From Candidatus Poribacteria bacterium (GTDB lineage Bacteria; Poribacteria; WGA-4E; WGA-3G), in contig CBDBFU010000013.1 in the NCBI GenBank assembly GCA_965205025.1, forward strand, positions 32,001 to 96,000: a DNA stretch of 64,000 bases. Direction: 5' to 3'. The translations under genes and the position numbers were made by a program. The notes beneath the pieces are model-generated. The model was not told the DNA's origin and did no database searches. It saw only the letters and a program-made list of their open reading frames with translations. This document shows, piece by piece, positions 61,823 through 64,000 of the stretch; the stretch's first letter is position 1, and the number at the start of each line of letters is the position of its first letter.

Positions 61823-63757
61823 CTATAGTGAATGTCCTGCTCCAGAAGAAGGCATATATAGGTTCATAACAAAACTGATTATGCTCAATACACTTCTTGG
61901 TACAAAATCTCCTAATACTAACCCGAGGAAAAAAGGTATTGCTCTCCTATAGGCTTGCCATCCAGAGAATTTGAGAATCATGAATTTAATTAACCAACTC
62001 ACCATCACAGGAAACCAGAAATATATGAGTCCACCCCACGATGCTCCTGAGAGGACATATCCAGATGGATGTAATGTCCACCACATTAGGTGTGTCCGTA
62101 AAAAATGTAATAGGAAAACAAAAAGGAAACCACCACCCATAAATGTGATTGCTGGATAATTAACTTCTTTTGGATATTGTAACCAACTTTGAAGTGGATT
62201 AAAACTCTCCCACCCAAAGTGTCCTACATGTCCTTCACATCTTGCTAATACTCCGTACTGGTAACCTACCTGAAGGTATGTCCAAAATGTAGCAACCGCA
62301 CCAATACCGATAGCGAAAGCCATACAAAGGAGTAAAGTCTTTCCCGGTATACTTCCTCTATCTCCTATGCGTAGAGATTCAACTTGATTTGGCATTGGGT
62401 GTGAACGATTACATCGATTAAATGCATATAGGAATGTCATTATAGTTAGATTTGATGCACCTAAATTCCGTGTACCGAACATATTTACCATCATCCCTCG
62501 AGGATTAATACCGATTACTTCATGGTAAGGTGGACCTAATTCTGCACGCACTCTTCCAATTGCAATTGCAAATGCAACAAACAGAAGATAGAATACAGCG
62601 ATCACCCAGAGAGACATTCCTGCCAAATAGCAAAAACCGAATACACCAACAATACTCAATACTGTTAGTATGGCAGTCGTTCTATATGAGAACGGTTCAT
62701 TAATATCATCCCCTTGTTCAATACCAAGGAGATGCTTAAAAAATCGTATGAAATGTCTACGTCCTATCCATATAGTTAATACTGCAATACCAACCCATGC
62801 CCCCGAAGCACGTTCATTCAAATATAACTTACCAATGTTTGTTAGACCTAAAGCACTTGCAATCACTCTTTCTGCCCGTGTTAACCAGAAGAAAAACCAT
62901 GTTGAAAATGCAAGATCAAGTGGCATGAAATAGGTCAATCCAACAATGGCTAAGTTGAATGACATGGATACATACCCCACAGCGTTCCACGGTCTTTCTG
63001 TAATATATCTATCAAGTCGAAAACTTGTAGGGAATGTTGGGATCACTGGGAATAGATCGTGTAATCCACCCATTACTCGAAGCAGTGCTGCAATCCCAAA
63101 CCCAATCCAAAGTGCCCGTGAAAGGAAGAATTTGCGGTTTGTCACCATTTGAAGGGGTAATTGTGTTAATGGGAAGCTTAATTTCTCTCGTTCCATCCAC
63201 TGTTTTCGGAGCAGTAGTCCCAAACATAGTAATGAACCGTAGAGAAGAAAGATGAAACTTGACCAGATCAGTATCGGTTTGATCCATATCCTTAGATGTT
63301 CTTGGTAATAGATACTTGATTCACCTTCATAATATCCTGCTAACCATTCTGATTCATGAACTGTTAACCATTCAGGTATATGATGCAAGAATAGTTGTGC
63401 CCATTCATTTTCAGGTGTTGCGAACCAGAAAGGATGTGCCAAAGTACCCATTAGGATAGCCATCATGGCGTGCCCTGAAATGGTAGAAACCATCGTAACC
63501 ATGATGTATATTAGTAATAATTCTGCCGGAGTAAAAGCAATACGTGGAGAGAATTTCCGTAAGGCAACATTCAGTACAATCAACACTACCAAAGTGAAGA
63601 CTGCATTTGAAAATGGGGACACAAGTGTATAAACTGCATACCAGAGTTCACTTGCAATACCAACCCAATATGCGTTTACGACAACAAGTATTAAACCAAC
63701 AATTATTGCTTTTTTGGAAATTACCTCAGTGGTGCTTGAGGATTGCTGATTCATCAA
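61823..63757 (-). CDS. Polytopic membrane protein (DUF6785/DUF6784-like putative transporter)
   Basis: Many TM segments; ELLLIY, ATPENEW, RKQW..E.L.FPL, RVRAELG, WW.LHP.GY, PFFLGL.LG. Confidence 0.75.
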   Translation of the reverse strand: MMNQQSSSTTEVISKKAIIVGLILVVVNAYWVGIASELWYAVYTLVSPFSNAVFTLVVLIVLNVALRKFSPRIAFTPAELLLIYIMVTMVSTISGHAMMAILMGTLAHPFWFATPENEWAQLFLHHIPEWLTVHESEWLAGYYEGESSIYYQEHLRIWIKPILIWSSFIFLLYGSLLCLGLLLRKQWMEREKLSFPLTQLPLQMVTNRKFFLSRALWIGFGIAALLRVMGGLHDLFPVIPTFPTSFRLDRYITERPWNAVGYVSMSFNLAIVGLTYFMPLDLAFSTWFFFWLTRAERVIASALGLTNIGKLYLNERASGAWVGIAVLTIWIGRRHFIRFFKHLLGIEQGDDINEPFSYRTTAILTVLSIVGVFGFCYLAGMSLWVIAVFYLLFVAFAIAIGRVRAELGPPYHEVIGINPRGMMVNMFGTRNLGASNLTIMTFLYAFNRCNRSHPMPNQVESLRIGDRGSIPGKTLLLCMAFAIGIGAVATFWTYLQVGYQYGVLARCEGHVGHFGWESFNPLQSWLQYPKEVNYPAITFMGGGFLFVFLLHFLRTHLMWWTLHPSGYVLSGASWGGLIYFWFPVMVSWLIKFMILKFSGWQAYRRAIPFFLGLVLGDFVPRSVLSIISFVMNLYMPSSGAGHSL

Positions 63758-64000
63758 AGTTGTTTGAATTAATCTGTCAACAAAGGTGTTGTGGTTAGGA
63801 TATAGAAGTGAGGATTTTTAAGGAATTTGTAAAGTATCTGGTGCGGTTAGGAACAGAACCACTGGGTCTATGAAAAATTAAGTGTTAGTGTTACATGAGA
63901 ATATTCAAAAGCAAAATACCCATAGGATCTTATACTTCTATCATATAGAATTTGAAACCAATGTTTGCATTTCTTTACCAAGGTTGAGTAGTACGTAATC

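Overview
AT-rich bacterial chromosome segment. Its gene content resembles Candidatus Poribacteria (inference): secreted WD40 proteins with an N-terminal LPEGAxxxxGKG motif, a LamG protein ending in KLTTTWGDIK, PhyH, DUF1501, DUF6785-like membrane protein and many TPR proteins. From left to right it carries: a phosphonate-catabolism-like pair (PhnA-like hydrolase plus Zn alcohol dehydrogenase), argB, a GC-richer zinc-acquisition cluster (TonB receptor, His-rich lipoprotein, COG0523 GTPase, WD40), a defence/accessory island at about 13-26 kb, an actinobacterial-type (Sdh1) succinate dehydrogenase operon, rho-rpmE-prfA-prmC and metabolic genes. The best candidate for an undescribed system is the coupled pair at 17942-22006: a TIR + 10xTPR + type IIG R-M specificity-domain (TaqI_C-like) fusion that lacks nuclease and methylase, followed by a PrrC/RloC-like ABC-ATPase-HEPN protein. 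The pair is flanked by eroded type IIG C-termini and lies next to a helicase-less type ISP-like R-M enzyme. Intergenic DNA is built from several dispersed MITE/REP-like families, including a ~250-bp non-coding element with a covarying palindrome. Nearly every long gene between about 39 and 51 kb, including rho and prfA, is frameshifted, most likely through assembly indel errors. No CRISPR array, tRNA or rRNA was recognised. All family assignments come from motif reading, not from database searches.
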